A stretch of 62,923 bases of DNA, the filler included, from Rhabdomonas costata (Eukaryota): assembly GCA_019059605.1 (NCBI GenBank). It is 57 parts of 57 records of this genome, joined end to end, with 100 filler letters (N's around TTAATTAATTAA, not from the genome) between each part and the next. Parts side by side here need not be neighbours in the genome. Positions count along the whole stretch, not along the records: positions 1 to 1,006 come from JAHMHO010034005.1; positions 1,107 to 2,114 come from JAHMHO010034006.1; positions 2,215 to 3,220 come from JAHMHO010034007.1; positions 3,321 to 4,324 come from JAHMHO010034008.1; positions 4,425 to 5,430 come from JAHMHO010034009.1; positions 5,531 to 6,536 come from JAHMHO010034010.1; positions 6,637 to 7,642 come from JAHMHO010034011.1; positions 7,743 to 8,747 come from JAHMHO010034012.1; 49 more parts are not named here. One strand, 5' to 3'. How positions within the stretch are numbered: the first letter of the stretch is position 1; each line of letters begins with the position of its first letter. Position numbers and translations under genes: made by a program. Positions 1 to 13,200 of the stretch are shown piece after piece. The notes beneath the pieces were generated by a model. That model made no database searches. It saw only the letters and a program-made list of their open reading frames with translations, and was not told the origin of the DNA.

Positions 1-190
1 CCCTGTCTAAGCAGCAGAGTGTCTGGGGACACTCATGCCTCGGGAGAGATGATGGGAAGAGTTGCCCTCCCGTCTATGAAAAACCCAACACAGCACGTGC
101 ACAGAATGTACACCCCCCGGGGTACAGGGGGACAAAAAAATGAGCACCCATTTCTCTACGCACCCCGCTGCCAACCCCAGAGCGCCTCAC

Positions 191-341
191 ATTCGCATCC
201 TGAGGTTGACGTTCACCGTGAGCACCCCCGTCTTGTCCACGACGACGTTGTTGCACAGGGTGACCTCGACGCCCTTCTTCTGGGCCGCCTGGTCCATGCA
301 CTGCCGGATCCCCGAGATGTGAGTGTTCATCGGCATCCCAC
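191..341 (-). CDS. Internal exon of unknown protein (GMPMNTHISGIRQCMDQAAQKKGVEVTLCNNVVVDKTGVLTVNVNLRMR)
   Basis: ctag acceptor at 345-342, GTGAGG donor at 190, open frame with strong GC3 codon bias; no family recognised. Confidence 0.65.
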
Positions 342-1006
342 CTAGACAGAGTGAGGGCGGGTGTGTGGGAATGGGTTAGGTTGCCCGCATATATTCCCGT
401 CTGAAAAACATGATGTCACGCGAACAACTCAGATTAATTGGGGTGCGGCTTCGGACACAAGCTTATAAGGTCTGCCGGCTCGAAAAGAAGGCAGGCACTT
501 AACTCACGGCATTTATTGCACCTTCGGGGCGTTTTCAAGCCCCCTCATCATCAGAATCAACGTACAAACCCCCTCTTTCACCTCAGCCTTTTCCCTGCTA
601 CCATTGGTCCGCCGAAAAGAAGGCAGCCACTGAACTTACGGGACCGGGAAGGGGATGGGTCGTTGGGTGCTACCGTATTCTAAGTAATAAATAAAATTGG
701 AATAAATAGACCCCACGAGGGTTGCATCGCCTCTTGCCCGGGACTTTCGGGACTTTCTTTTCGTCGTGGCTGGTATATACAAAGTAAGGGGAGGGCACAG
801 AGATTCCTGTCCTGATGTGTGGTGAAAGGGTCAGCTCACCACAGAACTTTGGGGGTCTCCGTGCCAGCACCGAGGGAGCGTGCGTTGTATACTACGGACA
901 TCTTTTCTTTTCATCCGTCTTTCATCCATCTTTCGGGTCACTGCTGCCTTTCTTTCACACCCTCACTGTCGCCCCAAAACCAAAAACACCAAACACACCC
1001 CAACAC

Positions 1007-1106
1007 NNNNNNNNNNNNNNNNNNNNNNNNNNNNNNNNNNNNNNNNNNNNTTAATTAATTAANNNNNNNNNNNNNNNNNNNNNNNNNNNNNNNNNNNNNN
1101 NNNNNN
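1007..1106. other. Artificial contig spacer N44-TTAATTAATTAA-N44 (first of 56, recurring about every 1.1 kb; the last is at 61821-61920)
   Basis: Identical 100-nt block with stops in all six frames recurs between inserts of about 1001-1008 nt. Confidence 0.99.
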
Positions 1107-1686
1107 CAAACCAGAGTGAAAGCTAGCCGGCTGAGGGGAGGGGAGGGGAGGGGGCAGACGGTGCCACAGTCTTAGTTCAACCTCTGATCCAGGAGAACAG
1201 GAAGCCTCCTCGGTGTATTTATACCGACCAAGGCTCAGTATACGAGGAGGTCTGCAACATTCCAACAGAAGTCGTTTGACTGCATTTTTATGCAATGACG
1301 GTCAAAGGGCATTTTCTCCGGGCTGACTGAAAAAAGTAGGTGGGGGCGCTACACCGGAGAATCGAAGGATCGGAGTGCATTCGTTTCGCTTCAATCCATC
1401 GAGGCTGGGGGTAAACGCACTTTGCGCGGAAGAGGAATGGGTGAAGAGAATGGACATCAGCAGACGGATATGCTGCAAATTTAGACCCAATAATTGAGTG
1501 AATGCAGGCAAACCAGGCACCAAATGGCACGTCTGCGCACAATGCGATGAAATGGAATCCTGAAGCTCACCAGAAACGTTCACCCGAAGCAAGGCAAAGC
1601 AGCTGAGGCCGGTGACGGTGAGCAATAGTAGGGTTTTATATGGCGGGAGGCGGGAAAATGTGGCGACCTCTGCTTGCATATTTCTC

Positions 1687-1878
1687 GTGTGTGTGTGTGT
1701 GTGTGTGTGTTGGGCGCATTGCGCGCTGGCTGTTACCTGGTTGACTGGTTGCAGGGTTGTTGGTGACCACTGTGGACTGACTGGAGCACGCACTGTTGGC
1801 CACAGGTGCTCGCGAGAGGTGCGTTGGAGCGAACCGTGCCGTGGGGAATTGGTTGTGTGTGTGTGTGTGTGTGTGTGT
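1687..1878. repeat. Two (GT)n microsatellites (about 1687-1710 and 1854-1878)
   Basis: Direct reading. Confidence 0.9.
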
Positions 1879-4800
1879 TCTGCGGCGTTTATGCGAATGA
1901 GGAAGAGAGGGCAGGGAAGGCATCAGGAAATGTTATAAAAATGGTCGCAGACAATAATCAAAGCACTTGTTCAAACTCAAAAAGGGTGGGAAACCACCCT
2001 ACTGCTGCAGTTAGTGCCTCTTGCATGGTCTCACAGTCCCCCTAGCTCCTATCCAATCGTCTCACGCTCTTCGACACCCTGACCATAGAACCCTTGCTAA
2101 CCTGGATACCGCACNNNNNNNNNNNNNNNNNNNNNNNNNNNNNNNNNNNNNNNNNNNNTTAATTAATTAANNNNNNNNNNNNNNNNNNNNNNNNNNNNNN
2201 NNNNNNNNNNNNNNTGTGGGGTTTTTTTCCTACCCTTCCCCTTTAGTTTTTTGTTTCTGTTGCTTTTTGTCTTTTTGATTGATTCTGGGTTGAATGGCGA
2301 CCAGCCGCGCAAGCTGAGCAGTGTCATGGCTGGTGAGGGGCTTCCTGCGGGGTGGGGGACCCACAACCACTTCGGAAACGACGATGACGTGGAATCTGCT
2401 CGCAGGGCCGCGAGTATGCAAGCGTACCTGCCTCGATTTTGATTCCCATCCCTTGTCCGTCCGTCCTTGTTTACCCGATGTTCTCAGCAGATTCTCAGCA
2501 GGCACCCCCAAGTGGTGCCGTGCCAAAGTTTAATGAAATGACGAAGGAACGCTGCACCGCAAAGGCTTGCCTTCCAAAGCAAACAACGCGAGGGGATGGA
2601 AAACAATAAATAAAAAATCGTACAAGAATTGCACAGCGCCCTCATGCGTCGGACAGAGGGCTTCCGCTTTCTCTTTCCCTCTCTGCGGTTGCCTGCGGAT
2701 TTGGAAGGTGCCTGCGAGATTTGCGGTTACCGTTTGTGGAACGGATGGCGGTGAGGTGGTACTGGACGGCCCGTGCCCCTCGGAAAGTGCCTCCCGCCAG
2801 CACCCGTGGCCAACAGCCAGTCACGGGCGCCCACCACTCATGTCGTACAATGTATTCCTAAAAATACATGTGGCAGGACTCCAAATGAGGGGCCATAGGT
2901 TCTAATATAAAAAAGGCCGGGGGTTAGGGTGCGATGCATACGCAGGCGGGGTCCGTCCCCCCCGCAACTTACCTGGGGTTAGGGGGCGTTTTCCAGCTAT
3001 GTTTTGTTTGTTTGACTTAGAGGCTTTGTGTGGGGATGAGATGAAGGTCAGAAAGTCAGGAACACTTGCGGCTTTCGTGTTCTTTCTTATGGCCCGTCAT
3101 TTGGAGTTATGCCATACATGTATAAAGTGTTAACGCACCGTTTTACCGCACCCTCCCGAAACAAGGGATCTCTCACGCTTACTCAAACACACACACACAC
3201 ATATGCATCCACCAAAAACCNNNNNNNNNNNNNNNNNNNNNNNNNNNNNNNNNNNNNNNNNNNNTTAATTAATTAANNNNNNNNNNNNNNNNNNNNNNNN
3301 NNNNNNNNNNNNNNNNNNNNCGTGTGTGCGGTGTGTTTGGTTTGTTTTGGATTTTTAAGCAGGTGTGGCTGCACCTGAGGTAAGTGAGGTTGCATTCAAT
3401 TCGTCTTAGTCAAGGGCCCTCACGACCTACGACCTGACCGGGAAGCCTTGGGCGTCCGTTCCGTTTTAGCTTTTCCAACTGGACAAACTGGTAATCTGAT
3501 TACCCCTTTCTAGCGCCAGAGAGTTTATCAAGGGCTGAACCCATAGTTCGCCAGAAGAAGTTGGTGGATGGATCTTTGCGCTCTTTCTTCGGGTTATTGC
3601 GTGGGAAGGTCTTCCCGGAGTGTGAATTCTGCTCGACAACGACCTTCTTCGGCCCCAGCACATCGCCGCCGCCCGAAGGCGCGCACTGCTTCACAAATCC
3701 CCCCTCGACCTGTCTTTCACTTTATGCATGTTTGTTTGCTTTCACGCGGCGTGCCTTTCTTGATGTTTGGAGATCAATGCCCTCAATGCCCGCAGACCTG
3801 ACCGGGGTTTCTTTCTTACGTTTGAGAAATGCGTGTGCCCATCCTATGTTTCGTGAGTAAAAATTTTTATCTTTCGACTACGCGAGACATATCGCACATA
3901 TTCTCGCGACATTCTAAAATTAATCAATTAGACCAAGAATTTAAGTTGTCACTGCGACAAACAAAGGCTTGTGCTTGTACTAGATGATGTTTTTTTTCCG
4001 AAATGGGGTTAAGCACGCTGTTCCACTGCCCCCCAAATGTGGATGTAATCTTCTTGTTGTGTCTGTTTGTCCATGTTTGTGTGTGTTTGTGGGATGTTTT
4101 TTTAAAGTTTAAAAACCCACCATTTAACCGCTAATACCCACCCACCCGAAAATGCAGCAGCCACCTCAAGAACGAGCGAGTCGCTGGAGAAGGTGATGGG
4201 GTCGGTCACCTGATAACGACGGCTGAGTGTAAATTGATCTATAACACTTGAGATGGGTTAAGATAAGAGAGAGGATACTCGAGAACGTAGAAGCCGCAAG
4301 CCCTTTGCTTTGAAAAACAAAACCNNNNNNNNNNNNNNNNNNNNNNNNNNNNNNNNNNNNNNNNNNNNTTAATTAATTAANNNNNNNNNNNNNNNNNNNN
4401 NNNNNNNNNNNNNNNNNNNNNNNNAACTGGAACCGGGAAACGAGGCGTCGAAAAGGAACGGGAGTGGGTAACATCGGTGGAGAACATGGAGGAGGGAAGG
4501 GACCTCCCGACCACTTCTGGGATGACCTTGTCCAATCATAGGACAGAAGGTCACTCATCAGTCGTAAATATATGCCAGAAACACACCACCCCATCCGATT
4601 CCATACCAACAGGCTCACCATCATTCTCTCCTCTCCCCTATTATCCATGAAGACAGGGCCACTGCCGCAGGGTCACGCCTGTCACGGTGCATCCTCGAGG
4701 TCACAGGGGCCCGCACCAAGGGAAGGCAGGCCAGGCTCCCCTGTCAGCTCTTCCTTGGAAGGCTCCGGAAGGGCGTCAGCGGAGGTGTTGGTGTCCCCAT

Positions 4801-5530
4801 AGGCCACGGAGGAGGTGGTGGAGGAGCAGCACGAGGACGATGAGAGACTGCTGAGCTCGACTTCCCCGCGGCGCAGCAGAGGAGGAGAGCAGGATGCGGG
4901 CAGCCGGGAATGCACAGGAGGATGCGGCCCAGCGTCCTCCTCCAGGGGTGCGCCCTTTTCAGGAAGGGCAATGGAAAATAGTTATACATAACGCAGACGC
5001 GGGAAAGAGACTTGAAAGGTTCGGAAGTTTCGACCGGAGGTCTCTCCCTCCCTCCCTCCGTCAGGAGATTTCACTCAATTGGGTAACGTTCAACCCGGTA
5101 GGTGGGAAGGAAACCACGGAGGAGCAACCACCAAGGTCACAATGTCCTACCCCCCTGACCACTGGCCGCAGCCAGAAAGCAGGGAGCTGGCGCGAACATT
5201 TCTTTGGCAGTGCTGCCGCTGGGCGGACGAATGGTTGGGGAAGGGGTGCGCACCATTATCGACAAGTGCACCACGGGGAAGCAACGAAACACAGCTCAGC
5301 TTGGAAATGAAAAACAGAAGCAGAAAGGCGCGAGGCGCTGAGGAGCTCGACAAGGGGAGGAAGAGAGAGCCCCCGGGTAGATGGGCCCTCTATGGATCCC
5401 TGCCGCGCCAAACCACCCAAACCCACACACNNNNNNNNNNNNNNNNNNNNNNNNNNNNNNNNNNNNNNNNNNNNTTAATTAATTAANNNNNNNNNNNNNN
5501 NNNNNNNNNNNNNNNNNNNNNNNNNNNNNN

Positions 5531-6030
5531 GTGTTGGGTGTGGTTGGTGTGGTGGTGTACACGGAGCCCGGGTACGGTGCGCTGAACGCCGCACTTCGGG
5601 AGATGGCCGGAGCCTTTAAGGTAACCATCGGGATGTACCTGAGCGCGATCACAAAGCTCTCCGTGGCGACGTCGGAGGGGAAGTTGGGGTTCGAGGCTCC
5701 CAATCTTTTCTTCCGTGGGCTTAGCGGAGCCGTTGAGCAGCGGTTTGTGGATGCCTACCGAACACTTCAGCCTCCCCTACAAGCAATGAGGGAAGGCTGT
5801 GTGGGGGGTATATGTCTATGTGACCTGGGCTTTATGTCGACGACAGCAAGCTCTCAGGAGAAATCCTCTTTGTGATCACTCCAATGCCTTCCTCTTACAC
5901 AAAACAAGTCATTGGTTACTCAAACCTTTCTTTTGGGGCAAAGTTGGAGTGGCTGTCGCAATACCCCTAGGAGGCGGAGTGGCTTTTCCCTGCGGCACAA
6001 CGCTGTACCCCGTGCCCCGAGCGCTTAACT
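5531..6030 (+). pseudogene. Decayed R-S-E class (arginine-specific/VIP2/C3-like) ADP-ribosyltransferase domain
   Basis: YTEPGYGALNAALR...AITKL...FFRG...GFMSTT; after a frameshift near 5850, SGEILFVI...GAKLEWLSQYP*EAEWLFP (TAG at 5968-5970); second frameshift into CGTTLYPV. Confidence 0.8.
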
Positions 6031-6645
6031 GCACTTCCTTTCGCCCCACCTCCCGGGAAGCTTGAACTTCAGCTCTTTTTGAGCTGCAGCCCCATCCATC
6101 AAGCCAAACAGGATCTGCACCTGTAGTGCTCCCGCGCACCGTCGCTGCGGCGATTAAGCAATCGCTCGGCTGCGTTGCAGTCTGCACCGTGGCGGGTGAA
6201 CCTATGCCAGAGCACTGCATTGCATATGGGCGGATCTGTATTGCCAAATGGAAGGCACTTTCCCAGCGCCGTGAGCTGGACCTGGAGACCTACAGGGAGA
6301 CCTGGAACACGATGCAATGGGCAATCCTGGCGAGACACCCGGTGGACTTCCCTCCCTCACTGTTTGCACGCTTCTGCTGCCGGTGAAAGGCCTCATTTTG
6401 TAATTATGTGTGTACCCTAGGTTGATACTTAAACTTATCAGCTGAATGCACCTCACGGACGGCACCTGCATTGAGAAAGAAAAAGCACTCCCCAGCCGAC
6501 ACCCAGGCGCCCGACATACTTTCCTCTTGACTCGATNNNNNNNNNNNNNNNNNNNNNNNNNNNNNNNNNNNNNNNNNNNNTTAATTAATTAANNNNNNNN
6601 NNNNNNNNNNNNNNNNNNNNNNNNNNNNNNNNNNNNGGGGGGGGT

Positions 6646-6746
6646 GAATTACTCGCGGTCCTCCCAAAGAGTGTCTCACGGTCTTTACGAAACGCAGATC
6701 TTCTCAGAGACCGTGAGACACTCTTTGGGAGGACCGCGAGTAATTC
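6646..6746. repeat. 39-bp perfect inverted repeat at contig start (probable amplification fold-back)
   Basis: 6646-6684 is the reverse complement of 6708-6746. Confidence 0.9.
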
Positions 6747-6921
6747 TCCCCTTCCCTTAAACCCCCTCATCTCTACTGAGGTAGCTACGAGTCTGCTGAA
6801 CTTCGTCTGTGTCATAGAGGGTTCGATGGCTTGGTAGATGTTTCGGCCGCTTCCTTTTGCTGATGCACCAAATCCAAACCTGCGCCACCTCTTGATCACC
6901 CAATTGGTCGCATACCCGCAG

Positions 6922-7026
6922 ATCCTTCTGGAGACCACAACGCTGGACCCAAAGCAGAGGGAATGCACCCACTGCATCAGCTGCAGCGGCAACGCCCTAC
7001 TGTACCTCATCAACGATCTGCTAGAC
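6922..7026 (+). CDS. Exon of sensor (probably hybrid) histidine kinase, HisKA helix 2
   Basis: ILLETTTLDPKQRECTHCISCSGNALLYLINDLLD matches HisKA pattern LL.T.L..eQre....I..Sg..LL.LINDiLD; cag acceptor, GTATGG donor, 105 nt in phase 0. Confidence 0.85.
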
Positions 7027-8916
7027 GTATGGCCGGAACTTTTTTGCAGTTTGCGGTTCCTTAGGTGTCGGAGCTGGCAGTTGCCTCTGAATGGCAGACA
7101 AGGGTGAGAGCGGTGCTCTCGGGTTCGTAAGTTCTTCCTCGAGGTGGGAGGGGACGTTATTGCGGACCTTGTGGGTCGGAGTTGTGCGGCGACCGCCATG
7201 GTGGGGTCGTGCAGAAATCTACTTTTTTGTCCAATGGTGCTGAACGTCACCATTGTTTACCGTTATCACATTATGTTTAGATAAAGTTAGGGGCTAGATA
7301 TAGTGCGAATGTTACCCCTGGATTATGTCAATTTGCGGAAAGTGGGTAAGGTATATAGGCTAGGTACAATGTCACTGTCCAAATGGCGATCTGTAACGAA
7401 TCTTTTCATCCTCATGTAACCGCGTTAAATGGTAGCTTGGTCTTCCGGCAAAAAAAATTTTGAACAGCCCCCTCCCCACTGACTATGTCAACCTGAGTAT
7501 CCATCGTTGGCCTTACTATCTCAGCTTCCCATTAATCGTGTTGGGTGCTCGCCCCTCAGTTTTCGAAGATTCAGAGCGGGATGCTGGAGCTGGACTTCCG
7601 GCCCTTTGTGCTGCACCATTGCATCGACCACCCCCCCCCAACNNNNNNNNNNNNNNNNNNNNNNNNNNNNNNNNNNNNNNNNNNNNTTAATTAATTAANN
7701 NNNNNNNNNNNNNNNNNNNNNNNNNNNNNNNNNNNNNNNNNNGTGTTGGGTGTGTGTGGGTTTGTGGGGCATGCGAAATCAGAAATCGGGCTCGTTGTGC
7801 GAGGCTTTCACGGGAGGACGGAGGACGTGGTGGGTGAATGAGCAGGGAGTGTATGCGGAACCGCGCTTAGGGTAGTTGTTGGAACTGCGCCAGGGAGGAG
7901 TAAGGCAAAAGGGGGGTTTTGGAAACATGGGTTTTGGTTATCCCTGTTATGACATCGAGATAATATGGTTGCCCTCAGCAGTGCTTGTCGGCGGTGAAAC
8001 TCCTTGTGCAGAAGTAAGTCCCATCTCTGCACGGGTTGTAATTTCCCCTCCCACAAGCTGCTTCACCTCCCGCTGGTCCAGTGGCCCAACTCTACGCTCT
8101 TCAGATCCCTCTTAACACTACTCTTCGACTCCATTTCTCAAGCCATACCAATATAGTTCCATGTGCATGATTTCAACTCACCCATATGGGCCATAACCGC
8201 CACGCAAGCGTACTATTAAACCCCTAAACCTTTACACCCCAGCCAATGTCGGAGCCTCCCCATTGTCAGTCAGAAGGAACCAGGCGCCCGTTTTTCAGAT
8301 TTTTAGAATCTGTCCGCTTGCCCCGTTGATGCTGCAATTGTGCACTTGGGTATGATTTCTTCTTGTGTGGTAAGGCAGGTTTCGCATCTTCATGCAATTT
8401 CCTCTGTTTATAGATCCTCCTTGAGTTTTGATTGTTCGTGCCAGCAGCGGTAATTTCAAGGGAATTTTACAAGGTCGCTTAGTCGCTCCTTTCGGATCCC
8501 TTTGGAGTTCTGTTTCTTCTTACTTCGATCTCTCCCTTTCACCGCTCTGCCTCAGAAGGAAAGGAACCCACAAGGGCTGCCCATCTCAGGCTCGGTCGCC
8601 CCATAAGCCGCCGGGTTTTCTCTCCAGATGCCTGCACATATGCAGCCACCTGCTTATCAAATTCAGCAACTGGAAGGCTCTCCAACAAGCGTGTGAGGGT
8701 TTTTACCCAGTAGAATATGGTCTCAGCTTCCCTCTTTTGCCACCCCCNNNNNNNNNNNNNNNNNNNNNNNNNNNNNNNNNNNNNNNNNNNNTTAATTAAT
8801 TAANNNNNNNNNNNNNNNNNNNNNNNNNNNNNNNNNNNNNNNNNNNNCCTGACGCTGACGAAGCAACTACCTTGGTTTGGTTCTGTCTGCAATGCCTATT
8901 TTCGATTTTGTTTCAG

Positions 8917-9481
8917 TACTCCGTCATTCCGACGAACACCGCCAAGACCGCGAAGGCCCGCGGTAGCGACATCCGATGCCACTTCAAGAACACTCACGAA
9001 GTCTGCCAAGTCCTTCGGGGGATGATGTACAAGAAAGCCATCCGATACCTGCGTGACGTGCTCGTCCACAAGCGATGCATTCCCTTCAAGAAGTAGCCTA
9101 TGTTTTTGGATATGTTGAACCAGAATTTTCTTTCATGTGTGAAAACCTTGCCAACTCTCCTTCTCAGGTTTGCCAACGGTTGTGGTCATACTCAGCAGGC
9201 CAAGGAGTTCGGCACCGACTTGGGTCGGTGGCCCAGGAAGCCAGTTTTAGCAGTCATGGTATGTCGCACCATCTTGGTCTTGGTCCCCGTCGGTTTGGGA
9301 CGTGATCTTCCAGGTTCTTAATGGGTGAGTTCTTGTGCTTTCCAGGACATTCTCAAGAATGCCAGGGCGAACGCTGAGCAAAAGGGGCTTGATGTGGACT
9401 CCCTGTTCATCGCTCACATCCAGGCAAACAAGGCACAGAAGCAGCGCCGGCGTACCTACCGGGCGCATGGGCGGATCAATC
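8917..9481 (+). CDS. RPL17: 60S ribosomal protein L17 (uL22), partial; exons 8917-9092, 9168-9258, 9346-9481
   Basis: [18 protein letters not shown]...[23 protein letters not shown]...GRWPRK...|[16 protein letters not shown]...[16 protein letters not shown] introns keep the frame. Confidence 0.97.
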
Positions 9482-9718
9482 GTATGCTTCATCTTGGCTC
9501 CTTTGCTGCGTCCCCAAAGAATAGTGGCATTTTTGAAAGAACGAGGCATAACTGTCCCGAATGAGAATTCCTGAGCATTTAAATTTAGTCAGACACTGGA
9601 ATCCGCATCGTAGAGTCAAACGAGCCACCTGCCCCCTCAACCGCGTTTTTTAACATCCAATCTCCTTTCTGGCTTTCCATCTTCTGTTTTAAAATGTGGG
9701 TATGATATGGTATGTGAT

Positions 9719-9847
9719 GTGTGATGTGGGCTTGTCTTGTGCCTGGTGAGGGTTTCATAGAACCGGAGATACGTGGCTGGGCTTGCAGCGACGTCATCTG
9801 CGGTTCTATGAAACCCTCACCAGGCACAAGACAAGCCCACATCACAC
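9719..9847. repeat. 47-bp perfect inverted repeat at contig end (probable fold-back)
   Basis: 9719-9765 is the reverse complement of 9801-9847. Confidence 0.9.
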
Positions 9848-9986
9848 AACACANNNNNNNNNNNNNNNNNNNNNNNNNNNNNNNNNNNNNNNNNNNNTTA
9901 ATTAATTAANNNNNNNNNNNNNNNNNNNNNNNNNNNNNNNNNNNNNNNNNNNNGGGTTGGGGGTTATTCACTCCTTTGTCGACAAG

Positions 9987-10204
9987 GGACGTACGAGTTT
10001 GCGGTGGTTGTGCTGCCTCTCTCGGACGTCCGCCGGAGACGAGCCGAGAGGCTTCAGCGGCAGCAAGAGGAACAGGAGGAGCAGGAGGAAGCTGGACCCG
10101 GGGACGACGGCGGTGCCCAGGAAGCTGCAGAGGAGGCCCGGGTCACGGCTCCACAGCCCCCGCCTGCGCCGGGGGCTGTGGACAGTCTGGCCAACTTCCC
10201 CAAG
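9987..10204 (+). CDS. Probable exon of unknown protein with Glu/Gln-rich stretch
   Basis: TYEFAVVVLPLSDVRRRRAERLQRQQEEQEEQEE...SLANFPK, then GTTTGC donor; aag acceptor is tentative. Confidence 0.45.
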
Positions 10205-13200
10205 GTTTGCGGTTGTGCATGCACGGCTCAACCTTGGCTTCATCTCCACCTCAATGCAATTGCTTTCTCTCTCTACTGCAAGATGAAGCCATGAAATAGG
10301 ACCCGCCATCTGGTGGCAGACATTGCGCGTCCCACTCCGCCTTCTCTGGTGAGTGCCTAGCCTTCAGGTCGGGTGGATGGTTGCTGCGAGGCGTGCTGTT
10401 TGATGGTCTTTATGACTCTATGACTCTTTATGGCTCTATGACAGGACTGCTGCATTGGTGGTTTGCATTAGCTGTCTTGGATAATGCCTCAGCACACACT
10501 CACGGGGTAGCGATTGGTACCCCCGGCCCTGGGCTTAATTGGGATGATTCCGGCTTGCTCACCATCTTTCCAAGCTAACTGTACGTGAAGTGAAGATTCT
10601 CAGCCCGTGAGGGGAAGAAGCGGCCGAGGATAAAAGATAAAAAGGATAGAGAATGGGACATGCTGCCAAGAAGGGTAAGCCTCACAGGGAGGGAAGTGCA
10701 TGTTAGATGTTGTAGCTTTTTTTCTGAAGTGTGCAGTGAAGCGAAACCCCGAGGTGCGCACCAGCCACCAAATATTCCAGCCTTCCGCAGAGCTTGTTGT
10801 ACAACCTCGACTCCAGGTGGAGCCAACGTTGTTGTGTGGTCTTCATACACGCACTGATTGGTTGACACTTGCATTTCATTGTGTGCTTCAGGCGAAGGTC
10901 ATCCGGCTGGACCACTGGAAGCACACTCAGGGCCACGTAGAGTGCCATGTCGCAGAGGANNNNNNNNNNNNNNNNNNNNNNNNNNNNNNNNNNNNNNNNN
11001 NNNTTAATTAATTAANNNNNNNNNNNNNNNNNNNNNNNNNNNNNNNNNNNNNNNNNNNNGGGGTTTTTTCGAAATCGCCGACTTCCGAAAAACCTACTAA
11101 CTAATTTGTAGCCCAGTGGCCGGCAGCGTTGGTCTGGCTCAGTACCCGGGCTTCCTCAAGCCACACAGAATTCCACCAAACCGATTTGAAGTGCGCCACG
11201 AAATGCGCCTTGGAGGACTGCTGCGAAGCTGCTCTGTACACTCGTTCCGACTCATTATTACACAAAAGGCTCCAAAAGAGGAGGGAAGGACGGGAGGTGA
11301 GCTCGAACGAAAAGGGAAAAGAACACTGGTGTGGTGCGAAGCCTGTACTGGTCAAATAATAGACAGGAACTCAACAAACAGAACAGGTTGGGTGGTGAGG
11401 TGTGTGTGTGTGTGATTGTGTGATGTCGAGGAAGCTGGGGCCTTGGGGTCAAAGGAGGTGATGGTGGAGGCAAAAGGGAACGGGAAGGGGAGGGAAGGAA
11501 CCCTGGGACGGGAAATCCGGCGAACCTCAGGGCCACTGCAGCCACCAGCGATGCATTCATTGGTGGCGGCAGCCCCCTCTTCTCTTTCCCAACACAGAAG
11601 ACTTACTCCTGGACGTATCACCTTTCCTCAACCGCCCATTATTGCATTTTGCACTTCCCACCGTGGAGCTGCCAGAGGGCCGGTACTGCACAAACTCACT
11701 TGCATACAGACGCAGTGCACAGAAACATCCTCCCAACCTGTTGAGTTCCTTCCTCCACCCAATCCCAGAAAGCCGTACACAACGCGTATGAGTTTCACCG
11801 CAAACGCCCACACACACGCTCACACCTACACATGCGTTTGTGTTATCCGAAGGAGATCGAAAAGAGAAGAGCCTCTCCAGAAATGACAAGCAACAAAAGC
11901 TGTACAGGCGAGAGCTCCCTCTACTGCACAAACAAACGCGCACATCCTCTTCCACACTCACACCCATTCTAGCTCAAAAAGCAGAAGACCCCACTCACCC
12001 TGGTCCCCTATGAGGAATGAAGAGGAAAGAAATATTATTAAAACACTGTGGTTAACCAAAACACCNNNNNNNNNNNNNNNNNNNNNNNNNNNNNNNNNNN
12101 NNNNNNNNNTTAATTAATTAANNNNNNNNNNNNNNNNNNNNNNNNNNNNNNNNNNNNNNNNNNNNCGCAAACACACAGTTGTAGCTGAATACTTTTTCTT
12201 GCAGACATGGGTTTTGGCAAACGGTGGCTGGCAGTTGTGGGGTAAACTTACTTTGCTGCTGACAATTATGCATGCGAAAGACTGGAAGCTAATTTTATGG
12301 ATGAGCACAGGTCAGATAGATCGGGAGGAGCGTTCCGGGCAGCCTATACATCGCCACACTCTGCACTCTTCTGCGTGAGTACTGAGCAGAGGGCATCCGA
12401 GAACGAGAGGACGAGAAACGAATCAACCAGCAGCCTAACGTGTCCAGCGCTTCGAAAGAAGTGGGGCAGCCCATCAGGGCACCCAAAAACATTCTTGTGG
12501 GGCAAACATACAATGACCCTATCCCAGCATGTAATTCATCTTCTATCTCAAGAGATCTGCGGGGGCATCGCGGCCCCACAGAACAAAAACCAGCACAGCA
12601 TTCTAAACGTTCCATATTAAAACCATGCGAAGGCACAGCCATGCGTTTCGTACTCTGAAACCTTTACAGTAAAACCCCACCTCGATCGGAGGTTCTTGCA
12701 GAGAGAACATTCATGCGGTTCCTCACGCACAGACACATGCCGGAAATAAAGACGAGGCCATGCCAGCGAGCTGGAAGGGCAGCGCAATGGAGTTCAGGTA
12801 AGTTGGGGGCACAACCTGCTCATCCAGACAAAACCCCGTCCCTACAACAGACAAAGAAGAAGGCGGCGAGCACGCATACGCACCAACCATTCAGAAAACA
12901 GAGGGTCCCATGAGGTTTGCAGCTGAACAGCCTCTCCAAGCTTAGGTCCTCTTGATGCCGCTCACCTCCATTCAGGGAATGCATTGCGATTATTTTAGCT
13001 TTTAGCTTGCTCACACCACAACCTTTAAACCCGCAGATCTTGCGGTAGTTCTCCAGGTGCTTCTTCTGAAATGGGGTGAACTCACTGGAGAGAGCCAGCG
13101 TGGATGCAGAATCCCTGGGCGGATGCGCACAACACGTGCACATTGCAAAAAGTTCATCATACCACACAAACNNNNNNNNNNNNNNNNNNNNNNNNNNNNN

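Noticed and set aside
2290..2442. PX-domain-like tail (HFGNDDDVESARRAASMQAYL)
   Set aside because: Too short, and no convincing acceptor
2920..2985. Isolated TTAGGG words as telomere
   Set aside because: Single units, not a tandem array
5968..5970. TAG reassignment, suggested by in-frame TAG in the ART motif and in VKEL*A near 26410
   Set aside because: Both cases sit in frameshifted, decayed sequence; none of the conserved exons (RPL17, THOC2, RPA1, CFAP299 and others) contains an internal stop
9314..9324. Possible 11-nt micro-exon in RPL17 intron 2 (cag...gtgagt)
   Set aside because: It would shift the frame and leave a 21-nt intron; the protein aligns without it
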